A stretch of DNA of 64,000 bases from a bacterium (GCA_043803945.1 JAZDJN010000054.1:1-64000); one strand, 5' to 3'. Shown: positions 21,969 through 32,788, numbered from the stretch's first letter. The notes: generated from the sequence alone by a model not told the origin. Translations and numbers: made by a program.

Positions 21969-22306
21969 TTATTAGCACTGCAAATAGCATCACCAACTAC
22001 CGCATTGTGAAAACAATTGGCCTTGTCAGGGGAAATAGTGTTCGAGGCACTCATATCGGAAAAGATATACTGGCGGTCATAAAGAATGTCCTCGGCGGGG
22101 AGATTGAGGAATACACTAAATTACTCGCAGAATCACGTGATCAATCTGTGGATCGGATGGTTCAGGATGCAGAAGCACAAGGGGCGAATGCGATTATCGA
22201 GATGCGATTTTCCACAAGTCAGATTATGGCTAATGCAGCAGAAATTCTTGCCTACGGTACTGCGGTGATTATAGAACCGCTGGAGGCTGCAGAGAAGAAG
22301 CAGTAA
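21965..22306 (+). CDS. YbjQ/UPF0145 family protein
   Basis: GLVRG, GGEIEEYTKLL, GANAII and EILAYGTAV. Confidence 0.9.
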   Translation: MIISTANSITNYRIVKTIGLVRGNSVRGTHIGKDILAVIKNVLGGEIEEYTKLLAESRDQSVDRMVQDAEAQGANAIIEMRFSTSQIMANAAEILAYGTAVIIEPLEAAEKKQ

Positions 22307-22326
22307 TTTTACTATTCACTTTCATG

Positions 22327-22360
22327 AAAGAGGGGCACATCGTTTGACGTTCCCCTTTTT
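22327..22360 (+). terminator. Probable terminator of the sigma-ybjQ unit
   Basis: AAAGAGGGG...CCCCTTTTT hairpin after the stop. Confidence 0.55.
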
Positions 22361-22566
22361 GTTATTCGAGAATTCAGCATAGAGACAGTTTCGCGATCAT
22401 TAAGCTTCTTGTGCTTACGAATCACCAGGGAGCTGATTCATTCTCTCGTTGGCTAGCGGTCAGATTCTAATCGGTTTCGCATCAATCCATCGCTCAGTCC
22501 TATTCTCCGGCTCTCTCCTAATCGACTTCTTGACTGATGAAATTTTATCCTTTCCTTAAAAAAGAC

Positions 22567-22595
22567 TTGACAAGAAAATATTTTTGCTTTATCTT
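22567..22595 (+). promoter_or_regulatory. Sigma70-type promoter of the TetR/efflux operon
   Basis: TTGACA-17 nt-TATCTT. Confidence 0.75.
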
Positions 22596-22623
22596 GGAAA
22601 CGAATAAAACGAATATAGTTTCC
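22596..22623. promoter_or_regulatory. Putative TetR operator 1
   Basis: GGAAAC-N16-GTTTCC directly after the -10 box. Confidence 0.6.
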
Positions 22624-22678
22624 TACGGTGCTGATAATAGTGCCATTTATTAGGACAGAATTCGTTATTCAAAATAAT

Positions 22679-22706
22679 GGATACTCATAATACTAAGTTC
22701 GTTTCC
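22679..22706. promoter_or_regulatory. Putative TetR operator 2
   Basis: GGATAC-N16-GTTTCC, same spacing as operator 1, ending 14 nt before the tetR ATG. Confidence 0.55.
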
Positions 22707-22720
22707 AAGGTAACTCCCAA

Positions 22721-23338
22721 ATGTCGATAGAAGCAGAAAAAGAGAGAATCATTGAATTTGCGATGGAGAAGTTTCTATCGACAGGTGTATCGAAAGTGAC
22801 TGTCGATGATCTTGCCACCGAGCTGCGGATGAGCAAGAAAACTCTCTATAAATACTTTCCAAGCAAAGAAGACCTCATTCGATCGATCATGAGGTTGAAT
22901 ATGAAATGGATTGAGAAAAATGCAGATGAAATATTCTCCTCTGATAAACCGGTTGAGCAAAAGCTCGCTGCTTTTTTTATGCTCGTCGGAAGAGTGATGA
23001 GCAGGGTAAGCAAGCAATTTCAGGGGGAGTTAAAAACATTCTCTCCGTCCCTCTGGCAGGAGATTGAAACCTTCCGGCGTGAAAAAATCTTTGGCCGGCT
23101 GAAAAAACTCTTTGCACAGGCTAAGCAGGAAGGATTGTTCAGGGAAGATCTCAGTGTCGATTTCTTCTACCTGGTTTTTTCGACGGTGGTCGATGGGATG
23201 ATGAATCCCCAGGTCATTGCTCATCAATCGTTTTCTATGGATGAAGCGTTCAGGGGTTTGTATAAACTGATGATGGTCGGTGCCGTTCAACCTGAGGCGC
23301 GTGACAAATTCCAATTTATGGACAATGTCTTTTCTTAA
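22721..23338 (+). CDS. TetR/AcrR family transcriptional regulator
   Basis: N-terminal HTH: VTVDDLA...MSKKTLYKYFPSKEDL. Confidence 0.93.
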   Translation: MSIEAEKERIIEFAMEKFLSTGVSKVTVDDLATELRMSKKTLYKYFPSKEDLIRSIMRLNMKWIEKNADEIFSSDKPVEQKLAAFFMLVGRVMSRVSKQFQGELKTFSPSLWQEIETFRREKIFGRLKKLFAQAKQEGLFREDLSVDFFYLVFSTVVDGMMNPQVIAHQSFSMDEAFRGLYKLMMVGAVQPEARDKFQFMDNVFS

Positions 23339-23357
23339 CTGTACGTATGAGGAACCT

Positions 23358-24281
23358 ATGAAGCATCTGCATATTTTCACACTCTGTCTCTCTTTGGTTT
23401 TGATAAGCTGTAATAAAAATGATCCGGCAAACCTCACGGCGACAGGTACAATTGAGGCGCGGGAAATATCATTAAGTGCTCAAGTGGCAGGACAAATCCA
23501 GAGTCTGAAGTTCGAGGAGGGCCAAAAAATTCTGGAAGGGGATACTCTGCTCTTTATCGATAGCCGTGACTGGCGCTTTCAACTTCAACAGGCTGAAGCT
23601 GCGCTGGCAGCGACAGAAGCACAGTTGAGACTCGCTCTCAAAGGTGCTCGGGATGAGGATATCGCACAAGCGGAAGCAAGTTATAAAAGTGCAGAACTAG
23701 ATGTATCCCGGCTTGAAGATCTCTGGAAAACAAAGAGCATCCCGCAAAAGATGCTTGATGATGCCCGCACACGATTTACCGTTGCACTGCAGGCGTACGA
23801 AAAAATTAAACGTGCAACCCGGCAGGAAGACCTTGATGCAGCGCGGGCTCGACGCAATCAGGCTTCTGCCTCGGTATTATCGATGCAGAAGAAAGTTGCA
23901 GATTGCATCGTCCTTGCCCCTGTTCAAGGAACAATTACAAAACGATTTGTCGAGCGTGGAGAAATGGTTGGAACCGGAACAACCCTTGCTCGAGTGGCAA
24001 ATTTAGAGGAGATGGATATCACTATCTATTTCAATGAAGTGGATCTTCCGAGGATCAAACTTCAGCAAAAGGCCATGGTGCGGGTAGATGCTTTCCCAGA
24101 CCGGGATTTTGAAGGAAGAGTAGTTTACATCTCACCGATTGCCGAATTCACTCCAAAGAATATTCAAACCAAGGAAGAGCGCACCAAATTAGTTTTTGCC
24201 GTCAAACTTAAAATTGCTAATCCGGATGGAATACTCAAAGCCGGTATCCCCGCTGATGTCACGATTCACATAGCCGAATAA
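23358..24281 (+). CDS. HlyD/YbhG-like membrane fusion lipoprotein
   Basis: Lipobox LISC, GTIEA, coiled-coil hairpin and AEFTPKNIQTKEERTKLVF. Confidence 0.92.
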   Translation: MKHLHIFTLCLSLVLISCNKNDPANLTATGTIEAREISLSAQVAGQIQSLKFEEGQKILEGDTLLFIDSRDWRFQLQQAEAALAATEAQLRLALKGARDEDIAQAEASYKSAELDVSRLEDLWKTKSIPQKMLDDARTRFTVALQAYEKIKRATRQEDLDAARARRNQASASVLSMQKKVADCIVLAPVQGTITKRFVERGEMVGTGTTLARVANLEEMDITIYFNEVDLPRIKLQQKAMVRVDAFPDRDFEGRVVYISPIAEFTPKNIQTKEERTKLVFAVKLKIANPDGILKAGIPADVTIHIAE

Positions 24282-24296
24282 CGCTGAGTGTTCTCA

Positions 24297-25220
24297 ATGT
24301 CCGACACAATCGTACTCGACAAGGTTGTCAAGGTGTTCCAGGAAGGACACCACGAGCAGATCCTTGCCGTCGATCATCTCACTCTGGAAATCAGACGCGG
24401 GGAGATATTCAGTTTCGTCGGACCTGACGGAGCAGGTAAGACGACAACCATACGTATGATGTGCGGAGTGCTCCCGGCAACCGAGGGGAAGATCTCCATC
24501 TTCGGATATGACATCCGTGCCGACAGAGAGGAAGTTAAGAAGCGGATCGGATACCTCTCACAGCGGTTTAGCCTCTATCAGGATCTAACGATCGATGAAA
24601 ATCTTGATTTCTTTGCTGAAATCCATCGGATAAAGAAATTTCAGGCCCAGAAAGAAGAGCTTTTGCAGTTTACACGACTGACAGAGTTTCGGGATCGTTT
24701 GGCCGGAAAGCTCTCTGGGGGAATGAAACAGAAACTTGCGCTGGCCTGTACTTTGATCCACTCACCGGAGCTTATTTTGCTGGACGAACCAACAACCGGT
24801 GTCGATCCTGTTTCCCGCCGGGATTTCTGGAAAATCCTTTCCAGCCTCCTTAAGCAGGGAATTACGATCGTTGCCTCGACCCCGTATCTCGATGAAGCGG
24901 AGAGAAGTACAAGGGTCGCGTTAATGAACGAGGGGCGGCTGCTGCAGTGCGATACTCCCGAACAGATCAAGAATGATTTCCCTCACCGTGTATTTGAAAT
25001 TGTGTGTCGTGATGTTCATCAGGCTGTTGCGGTACTGAGTACATTATTCAAGAAAAGTGAACTGCAACTCTTCGGCGATCGGCTGCATCTGCTGGTGACG
25101 AATAAATCCCAGGTCGATGCTGCGGTGATAGCCATGGAAGAACATTCTCTTCCGGTAGAGCATGTGCGTGAAATTACGCCGTCATTGGAAGATGTGTTCA
25201 TTGCCAGAATTCAATCGTGA
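24297..25220 (+). CDS. ABC transporter ATP-binding protein (YbhF-like, first)
   Basis: GPDGAGKT, LSGGMKQKL and LLDEPTTGVDP. Confidence 0.93.
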   Translation: MSDTIVLDKVVKVFQEGHHEQILAVDHLTLEIRRGEIFSFVGPDGAGKTTTIRMMCGVLPATEGKISIFGYDIRADREEVKKRIGYLSQRFSLYQDLTIDENLDFFAEIHRIKKFQAQKEELLQFTRLTEFRDRLAGKLSGGMKQKLALACTLIHSPELILLDEPTTGVDPVSRRDFWKILSSLLKQGITIVASTPYLDEAERSTRVALMNEGRLLQCDTPEQIKNDFPHRVFEIVCRDVHQAVAVLSTLFKKSELQLFGDRLHLLVTNKSQVDAAVIAMEEHSLPVEHVREITPSLEDVFIARIQS

Positions 25221-25236
25221 GAATGTTGAGGAACGT

Positions 25237-26577
25237 ATGAGACAAGAAATAAAACAATTGCTTTGGATCGTCCTGGGATTTGCACCGTTGTATGTCAGTG
25301 CTCAGGAAGGACGCCGTGTCACATTGCAGGAATGCATCGCTCTTGCCCGTGAGAAGAATCCCTCGATGGAGATCGCACGAGCCCGCATTGCCGGAGCGAA
25401 TGCAAAGGCAGAAGAGGCATCATCGCTCATGCTGCCTCAGGTGAAACTTACAGGCCGTGCTGCCACACTCAGCTCTGTCCCCGAATTCAAATTACCCTTT
25501 ACACTCCCGGGAATTGGCCAGCCGGTGCTCTTTGAATCCATTACAGAAAATTATTCTTTGAAGCTTTCACTTACACAGCCCGTGTTTACAGGGTTCCGGC
25601 TTCAGAAAAATAAAGCGATGGCGGAAATGACTGCGCAGGCAGCGGGTGAAGAACTGAAGCGGGATCAGGCCGATCTCTTGCTTCAAATCGCGAACATTTA
25701 CTGGAACCTCGTTCGCGCCCGCGAAATTGAAACTGTCTTGACACAGTCCGTGGGACAGATCAACGCCCATCTCACCGATGTCAGAAATGTATCCCGACAA
25801 GGGATGGCAACTGAAGCAGAGGTGATGAAGGTGCAGGTGCAACTCTCCGATGTCAAAGTAAAACTGATTGAGGCAAAGAATGCCGTCAAGGTTTTCACGA
25901 TGACCATGAATTCTCTGATTAGTCAGCCTCTGGAAAATCCATTGATCCCCGCTGAGAGCGCTGCTGCAGCCGACAGAGACTGGCTGGCAAACCGTCAGTT
26001 AAGCGACTTAATTTCTCTTGCACACCGTCAACGGCCGGAACTCAAAGCCCTCGGCATCCGAAAGTCAATCGGCGAAGCATCTGTCGATGCATCTCGCGGC
26101 GGCTGGTATCCCCAGGTATCACTGGCAGCGAACTATGACTATGCAAAACCGAATTCCAGAATTCTCCCGCCCAAACGAGAGTGGGATGGAGCATGGGATA
26201 TCGGTCTTATGGTGCAATGGACTGTCTGGGATTGGTTCGCCACCGAGCACCAGACCAATCAGGCAAAGGCACAGCTCAGGCAGACAGAGGAAGGATTTCG
26301 GCAGACGGAAGATTTGATCGGGATTGATGTTGCACAGGCGTATTATTCGGCCCAGGCCGCACACGAGAAAGTTGGTGTTGCTCTCGAAGGCGTTTCACAG
26401 GCGGAGGAATCATTTCGCATCACAAAGGAAAAATTCAGAACCGGCCTCATTTCGAGTACAGAACTCCTCGATGCAGAGATGGCGTTGCTCCAGGCGAAAC
26501 TTACCCATATCCAATCGGTCATCGATCAAGTGCTTGCTGCGACACGATTGAAAAAAGCAACCGGGGATCTTCAGTGA
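25237..26577 (+). CDS. TolC-family outer membrane efflux protein
   Basis: Signal peptide, two OEP repeats (LPQV.L, YPQVSL) and operon context. Confidence 0.9.
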   Translation: MRQEIKQLLWIVLGFAPLYVSAQEGRRVTLQECIALAREKNPSMEIARARIAGANAKAEEASSLMLPQVKLTGRAATLSSVPEFKLPFTLPGIGQPVLFESITENYSLKLSLTQPVFTGFRLQKNKAMAEMTAQAAGEELKRDQADLLLQIANIYWNLVRAREIETVLTQSVGQINAHLTDVRNVSRQGMATEAEVMKVQVQLSDVKVKLIEAKNAVKVFTMTMNSLISQPLENPLIPAESAAAADRDWLANRQLSDLISLAHRQRPELKALGIRKSIGEASVDASRGGWYPQVSLAANYDYAKPNSRILPPKREWDGAWDIGLMVQWTVWDWFATEHQTNQAKAQLRQTEEGFRQTEDLIGIDVAQAYYSAQAAHEKVGVALEGVSQAEESFRITKEKFRTGLISSTELLDAEMALLQAKLTHIQSVIDQVLAATRLKKATGDLQ

Positions 26578-27575
26578 GTATTCCAGAACCATATCCTGCT
26601 TCTCTCTATTCAACCGCTGAGGGTGAAATGGCAGTGGTGGTTGACCGATTGTCAAAACGTTTTGGTGCGTTTGAAGCGGTCAAGCAGGTGAGTTTTTTAG
26701 TTCGCAAAGGGGAGATCTTCGGATTCCTTGGACCGAATGGTGCCGGAAAATCGACCACCATTCGGATGCTCTGCGGGATTCTGGCATCGACATCCGGAAG
26801 TGCAACTGTTGGTGGATACGACATCTCAAAAAATCCCGATGGCGTAAAATCGACCATCGGCTATATGTCGCAGAGGTTCTCGCTGTACGAAGATCTCACT
26901 GTGGAAGCTAATATCAATTTTTACGGAGGCATCTACGGTTTATCAAATTCGAAACTCAAGGAGCGGAAAGAGTGGGCGGTTGAGATGGCAGGGTTGACAG
27001 GAAAGGAGCGGCAGCTCACTCATACCTTGTCGGGCGGCTGGAAGCAACGGCTGGCACTTGGATGTGCAATTCTCCACGAACCACCGATCCTCTTTCTCGA
27101 TGAGCCGACCGGCGGAGTTGATCCGGTTTCACGCCGGGCTTTCTGGGATCTGATTTATGACCTCTCAAAAAAGGGAACAACAGTTTTTGTGACGACCCAT
27201 TATATGGATGAGGCCGAGCATTGTAATACGATAGGATTGATCTATGCCGGGAAATTGATTGCTCTCGGCTCACCCACAACATTGAAGCATCAGCTTGATC
27301 GCTATACGATGGTCGAAGTGTTGTGCGATAAACCGGTTGATGCCATGGAGATTCTGCGCCGCGAGCCATGGGTTATTGAGACTTCTATCTTTGGTTCTGC
27401 CTTCCATGTCAGTACCTTGAGTGAGACTGATAAACTTTCAGAAATCAAAAAGCGGCTAAAGAAGGAAGATATCATTGTGCAGAAAGTTGAACAAATCATT
27501 CCATCGCTGGAAGATGTTTTTATCCATCGTATCGCAGAAGAAGATGAACAACATACCAACTCGCTGAGTGCATAG
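26574..27575 (+). CDS. ABC transporter ATP-binding protein (YbhF-like, second)
   Basis: GPNGAGKS, LSGGWKQRL, LDEPTGGVDP and TTHYMDEAE. Confidence 0.93.
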   Translation: MSIPEPYPASLYSTAEGEMAVVVDRLSKRFGAFEAVKQVSFLVRKGEIFGFLGPNGAGKSTTIRMLCGILASTSGSATVGGYDISKNPDGVKSTIGYMSQRFSLYEDLTVEANINFYGGIYGLSNSKLKERKEWAVEMAGLTGKERQLTHTLSGGWKQRLALGCAILHEPPILFLDEPTGGVDPVSRRAFWDLIYDLSKKGTTVFVTTHYMDEAEHCNTIGLIYAGKLIALGSPTTLKHQLDRYTMVEVLCDKPVDAMEILRREPWVIETSIFGSAFHVSTLSETDKLSEIKKRLKKEDIIVQKVEQIIPSLEDVFIHRIAEEDEQHTNSLSA

Positions 27576-27578
27576 CCT

Positions 27579-28712
27579 ATGCCATCACTGAATATCCTTC
27601 CTATCGTTCGGAAAGAGTTTCGCCAGATACGGCGCGACAAGAGGGTGCTGGGTGTGCTTCTCTTCATTCCTGCCCTCATGCTTGTGATGTTCGGTTATGC
27701 ATTGAACTTCGATGTCAAACATACCCGGCTTGCCGTGTACGATCAGGACAGGAGCAGAACGAGCAGGGAATTCATAGAGGAGTTCTTTCATTCAGAGCTG
27801 TTTGATCTGACGCAATACATCGATCATCCGGCTCAGGGGACACAATTGCTCGACAGGGAAGAAGCGAGGGTGGTATTGGTGATCCCGTCCGATTTTTCAA
27901 AGAAAATCTCCTCGGGCAGTGAAGCGGAAATTCAGGTCCTGATCGATGGGGCGAACTCCAATGCAGCCTCCATCGTCCTTGGTTATGTGAACATGATTGT
28001 TCAACAATATTCCTTCAAGGTGATTCTTCGTTCTCTTGTCCGGACAGGAGGGCGGGAGATCAGTTTGCCGATCGATTACAGGCCGCGTGTCTGGTATAAT
28101 CCCGAACTGAAGAGCGCAAAATTTCTTGTTCCAGGCTTGATTGCCTTTATTCTCATGATAACCGCTGTCATCTCGACCTCGCTTGCCATTTCACGAGAAC
28201 GAGAGCTGGGGACGATGGAGCAGTTGCTCGTTTCTCCTATCAAACCGATAGAGTTGATTCTTGGGAAGACTATCCCATACACACTGATTTCACTCATCGC
28301 GACAACGGGAATTCTTGTGCTCGGTTATCTACTGTTTGGGGTAACGATCAAGGGAAGTATTTTCCTCCTGTTCCTTGTGACACTCATCTTTCTTATCGGC
28401 AGCCTCGGATTGGGATTGTTGATTTCAACGATTGCAGAAACCCAGGAACTGGCATTTATGATTGCTACGATTCTCACAATGCTGCCGACTTTCATTCTCT
28501 CCGGATTCGTTTTCCCAATCAGAAATATGCCGGTCATTATTCAAGCGATCACCTATATTATCCCTGCACGGTATTTCCTGGTATCTCTGCGGAGTATCGT
28601 AATCAAAGGCGTCGGCATCACCGCGTTCTGGGATGAGTTTCTTATGCTCATCCTTTTTGCACTCATTATGCTGATCATCAGTACGGTGCGGATGAAGAAA
28701 CTTTTACAGTAA
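27579..28712 (+). CDS. ABC-2 type permease (YbhS-like)
   Basis: KEFRQIRRD, WYNPEL, RERELGTMEQL and multiple TM helices. Confidence 0.92.
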   Translation: MPSLNILPIVRKEFRQIRRDKRVLGVLLFIPALMLVMFGYALNFDVKHTRLAVYDQDRSRTSREFIEEFFHSELFDLTQYIDHPAQGTQLLDREEARVVLVIPSDFSKKISSGSEAEIQVLIDGANSNAASIVLGYVNMIVQQYSFKVILRSLVRTGGREISLPIDYRPRVWYNPELKSAKFLVPGLIAFILMITAVISTSLAISRERELGTMEQLLVSPIKPIELILGKTIPYTLISLIATTGILVLGYLLFGVTIKGSIFLLFLVTLIFLIGSLGLGLLISTIAETQELAFMIATILTMLPTFILSGFVFPIRNMPVIIQAITYIIPARYFLVSLRSIVIKGVGITAFWDEFLMLILFALIMLIISTVRMKKLLQ

Positions 28713-28737
28713 CAATCTCCTGGTTGAAAGAGAGTCG

Positions 28738-29868
28738 ATGGGACGCATTATTCATATCATAAAGAAAGAATTTCTCCAGATTCGCCAGGATCCGAAAATG
28801 CTCCGGATGAGCATTATCGCTCCAGTCCTTCAACTGCTTATCCTCGGGTATGCAGCTACGATGGATGTGAATGAAGTTCCTCTGGCGCTCTGCGACCTCG
28901 ATGGTTCTCCCAGCAGCAGAAAGCTGATAGAAGGATTCACAACCACCGGGTACTTTACCATTGTTGCCAATCTGGATCGCCTCTCTGATGTTGACCATCA
29001 GTTGGATAATGGGCATGCCTCGATTGCGCTGGTTATTCCCTCCGGCTTTGAGAGGGATCTCGGTTCCGGAAAGCAAACGATGGTGCAGGTTGCCGTGGAT
29101 GGGACAGAGACCACCGCGGCGAACGTGGGTCTCGGTTATGCCTATATGATCGTCTCACGGTTTTCACAAAATATCATGCTTGAATCGCTGAACCGAAAAG
29201 GAGCGATGGGTACAGTTCCAGCTCGTCTCAATCCTGAAATCCGCGTTTGGTACAATCCAGAATTGAAAAGCCGCAATTATATGGTTCCGGCCGTTCTCGG
29301 TTTGCTGCTCATGGTGATGACCATGCTGCTAACGTCGCTCGGTATTGTCAAGGAAAAAGAGCGCGGCACTCTGGAGCAACTGATCGTGACGCCAATAAGG
29401 CCCTACCAGCTCATCATCGGCAAGCTGGCTCCATTTCTTCTCATCGGTATTGTTGAAGTCATTCTGGTCTGTTTTTTTGCAATCGTATTCTTCGGGCTCA
29501 CAGTGAAGGGCGGTTATCTCTGGCTATTCCTTTTCTGCATCTTGTTCCTGATGTCAACGCTGGGATTAGGGCTCTTCATTTCAACAATTTCACGGACGCA
29601 GCAACAGGCGATGATGACAGCAATCTTTTTCTTTATGATGCCGATGATCTTCTTTTCAGGATTTGTTTTTCCGATAGAGAATATGCCTCAGGTGATTCAA
29701 TACGTTTCGTATTTAATGCCCCTCCGATATTTCTTCGTCATTGTCAGGGGGCTCTTCCTCAAGGGAGTCTCAATAGAAATACTCTGGCCGCAGGCTGCGG
29801 CGTTGTTGGGATTCGGGATTGTCATCCTTTCGATGAGTGTTCTCAGGTTCCAAAAGCGACTCAACTAA
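28738..29868 (+). CDS. ABC-2 type permease (YbhR-like)
   Basis: KEFLQIRQD, WYNPEL, KEKERGTLEQL and multiple TM helices. Confidence 0.92.
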   Translation: MGRIIHIIKKEFLQIRQDPKMLRMSIIAPVLQLLILGYAATMDVNEVPLALCDLDGSPSSRKLIEGFTTTGYFTIVANLDRLSDVDHQLDNGHASIALVIPSGFERDLGSGKQTMVQVAVDGTETTAANVGLGYAYMIVSRFSQNIMLESLNRKGAMGTVPARLNPEIRVWYNPELKSRNYMVPAVLGLLLMVMTMLLTSLGIVKEKERGTLEQLIVTPIRPYQLIIGKLAPFLLIGIVEVILVCFFAIVFFGLTVKGGYLWLFLFCILFLMSTLGLGLFISTISRTQQQAMMTAIFFFMMPMIFFSGFVFPIENMPQVIQYVSYLMPLRYFFVIVRGLFLKGVSIEILWPQAAALLGFGIVILSMSVLRFQKRLN

Positions 29869-30213
29869 ATGACGGCATATCCTTCCTTACGCCGGATGCT
29901 TGGATGAAGAGCCTTACCGCTTGAAGCTAAGAGGGCGTAAAGAATACGAAAGGAATAAAGAGAATAGACGAAAAGAATAGGGTGTAGTGTATCATCTTCT
30001 CCAGTCTCTCCTCGTCGCAAAATGCTGTTGCCACCCATGACAGTCGATGCTTTAATACCAATTCGGTAGACCGATGGCAGCTCGCGTTTCTCACTCCTCA
30101 TTGCTTCATTTATCACACGGAACCTCATTCTCATCACACGCCCGAACCACTCAGAAGAATTCGATTGGAAAACCGGGAAAAAACAGCTTACATTAATACA
30201 CAGGAGGATGTGA

Positions 30214-32499
30214 ATGCCCGTCGTACTTCATAAAGCAGGAATCATGAAAGCGTTCTCAACAAGCGTCATAGTAGTAGTTCTTTTAACTTCGATAGCTTTT
30301 CCGCAAGATCAGGCGTCTAAACAGAAAATTCTGCAGGCCGATTCTCTTCAGATCGCAGGCAATTTTAAGGAAGCGAAAGCCCTTTATACTTCCATTCCCT
30401 CCAATAGCCCGCGTTATGTCGAAGCAAGATTGAACCTGGCACGTATCCGTGTACTGGAATGGCGATGGAGCATTGCCATCGATGAATTGGAAGAGGTTAT
30501 TAAAATTGATTCTGCAAATATTGAAGCACATTATCTCCTGGCAGTCAGCAACAGAGAAGCCGCACGACCTATTATCTGGCTCATGCGCGATCCCTACGTC
30601 AGACAGGCACGGATTCACTTTGCATGGGTGATGAGCCAGGATTCGCTTTACGAAGATGTTCTGGCACAGAATGCTCTTTTCAATTTCCAGGAGAAAGAAT
30701 ATCCAACAGCGTTCGACCTTGCCTATCGGCAGCTCCAATTGAAACCCAACGATCCGAAAAGCTGGCTCGGTATCTTCAAGCTGTACCGGCTTGCCCTCCA
30801 GCATTTGAGTCGTGATGAAGTGTCCCTTCTCTTGAAAAATAAACCCAATGCTATTACTACCTTCTTCTCTGCTGAACTGCTCCGCCGAAACAAATCGTAT
30901 GAAGAGGCTGCCCTTAGTTACCAACGGCTGTTGTCGGAGCGGTCGACACTTTCCCCCATACCGCTTCATCTTGCACTTGTCCGGACCTTCGTAAGAATGA
31001 ACATGCCGGATAGTGCTGAATCGAACTACTGGAAAGCAGTCACATGTGCACGCTCGGCGATCGATGTCCGGTTTCTGTTCGAGGATATCAAGTACATTGT
31101 TTCACCGGTCGAGTTAAGGATGTTCGATACGTTGACCTCTATTAATACTGCACAGACGCTCCTGAGAGCATTCTGGGCGACCAGAAACCCGACACCGGCA
31201 AGTGCCGTCAATCAGCGGTTGATTGAACATTATCGACGGCTGCTCGTAGTTGAAGAGAAGTATGCATGCGACATGATCCGCCAAACACTCCACGAGGCAG
31301 ATCAGCCAATCCAAAATCCATTGCTCTATACCCTGAATCAGGATTATGATGACCGGGGATTGATCTACATCCGGCTCGGGCCGCCTGACAACATTGCACG
31401 CTCTGCGGGGGAGATGGTCAAGGCGAATGAATCGTGGCTCTATAAATATTCTGTAGATCATCCGAAAATCATTTTTGATTTCAATCAGATTTCTTCGGAG
31501 CATAACGAGTGGCGACTTGGCCCGATTCCCCTGGATGAAAAGGTGTTGCGCGATCGCTTGACATGGGATATTGTGTACGCAAATTTACTGGATGCACTCC
31601 AAACCCAGGGAGAGTTAGAGCGAAGAGAACAGGAGATGCGAATCTTTACACAGGAGAATGTGAACTATGGGCTGACATCCGACCGCCATACCTGGGTGGA
31701 ACCGATTGATCCGCTGGAAATTGTTGCTTCAGTAACTTCATTCAAATCGGAGCAGAACAAGACCCTGATCGATATCAGTTACGCATTTCCCCTTGGCCCG
31801 ATTCTCACAAAGGCAGGCGATTCACTCTCGACCATCAGAATCGAACGGGGTGTCGCAATTTTTGACCGGAACTCCCGATCTATCTGGAAAGCCCTCGATA
31901 CGATTACCATTCGGCCGACGGGCGAACGGACAGGTGTTATTGTCGATCTGTTTCGCTTCACGGCTCCGGCGGATTCCTATCGCGTTGCGCTTCAAGTGCG
32001 TCCGCTGAACTTGAACCTCTACGGAACATGGAACAAAACGATGTCTATACGGGATTACACCGGGAAAGAATTAGCACTCAGCGATATCGAGTTCCTTCTG
32101 CCGGCAGTTTCAAAAAGTTCTGTGAAAATCGAGGGAATGAAAGTTCTTCCAAGCCCCTTTACACGCTACCCGCAGAACCAGCCGCTGCGTACCTATTTTC
32201 AGGTCTATAATCTGATGAAGGATCGGCGTGGGATTACCTCGTATACCGTTGAATATTTCCTGGAGGCGGTGAATGTTTCTAAAGGATTGTTTGACAAAGT
32301 TGCCGACCTCTTCCGCTCGGGTGGCAAAGTGGCATTTAACACTAAACTTGAGAAACGCAGCGAAGAATCGGATGATTCTGTTTTCTTTCCGGTTGTTATC
32401 GACGGATTTAATTCAGGTGAGTATCTCCTTACCATAAAGGTCACCGACAATCTTTCGAAAAGGACGATGGAGCGGAGGAGGGCTATACATATTCAGTAG
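30214..32499 (+). CDS. Secreted TPR protein with GWxTD-like domain
   Basis: Signal peptide, TPR repeats, FW..RNPTP...N.RLIEHYRR and DDRGLIYIRLGPPD, plus a C-terminal beta-sandwich. Confidence 0.75.
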   Translation: MPVVLHKAGIMKAFSTSVIVVVLLTSIAFPQDQASKQKILQADSLQIAGNFKEAKALYTSIPSNSPRYVEARLNLARIRVLEWRWSIAIDELEEVIKIDSANIEAHYLLAVSNREAARPIIWLMRDPYVRQARIHFAWVMSQDSLYEDVLAQNALFNFQEKEYPTAFDLAYRQLQLKPNDPKSWLGIFKLYRLALQHLSRDEVSLLLKNKPNAITTFFSAELLRRNKSYEEAALSYQRLLSERSTLSPIPLHLALVRTFVRMNMPDSAESNYWKAVTCARSAIDVRFLFEDIKYIVSPVELRMFDTLTSINTAQTLLRAFWATRNPTPASAVNQRLIEHYRRLLVVEEKYACDMIRQTLHEADQPIQNPLLYTLNQDYDDRGLIYIRLGPPDNIARSAGEMVKANESWLYKYSVDHPKIIFDFNQISSEHNEWRLGPIPLDEKVLRDRLTWDIVYANLLDALQTQGELERREQEMRIFTQENVNYGLTSDRHTWVEPIDPLEIVASVTSFKSEQNKTLIDISYAFPLGPILTKAGDSLSTIRIERGVAIFDRNSRSIWKALDTITIRPTGERTGVIVDLFRFTAPADSYRVALQVRPLNLNLYGTWNKTMSIRDYTGKELALSDIEFLLPAVSKSSVKIEGMKVLPSPFTRYPQNQPLRTYFQVYNLMKDRRGITSYTVEYFLEAVNVSKGLFDKVADLFRSGGKVAFNTKLEKRSEESDDSVFFPVVIDGFNSGEYLLTIKVTDNLSKRTMERRRAIHIQ

Positions 32500-32528
32500 G
32501 TTATGGATTCCCAATCAGATTTTACCAC

Positions 32529-32788
32529 TTACGTAAAAAAAGAAAAATCATCAATTAATCTGGGTTCTTAATAGCAAACTCCAAACCACCCCATATGAGG
32601 CTCTCTAAAAAGTGTCTTTGTTATTTCGATCCCGATTTATCGGGAGAGAAATCTTGCTTTTTGTTTAGATTTCTCAGTTGCTGTGCGCCTTCGAAATGAC
32701 AAAACGGTCTTTTTGGACAGCCCCCAAAAGGGGAGGTCAAAAACAAAATTGATCGCTTCAGTCATACAGATTCTTCTTCCGGCGTAAC
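32529..32788 (+). mobile_element. Composite non-autonomous element, copy A (scaffold, inner IR element 32597-32724, REP-like doublet)
   Basis: Flanks are homologous to those at 45040-45301 and 54019-54353. Inner termini GAGGCTCTCTAAAAA/TTTTTGGACAGCCCC. Confidence 0.7.

Noticed and set aside
29865-30137. 90-aa minus-strand ORF
   Set aside because: No motif or RBS support.
32529-32788. Scaffold ends (GTTACGC/GCGTAAC) as integron attC sites
   Set aside because: The order is GTT...AAC, the reverse of RYYYAAC...GTTRRRY. There is no integrase and no cassette ORFs in register.
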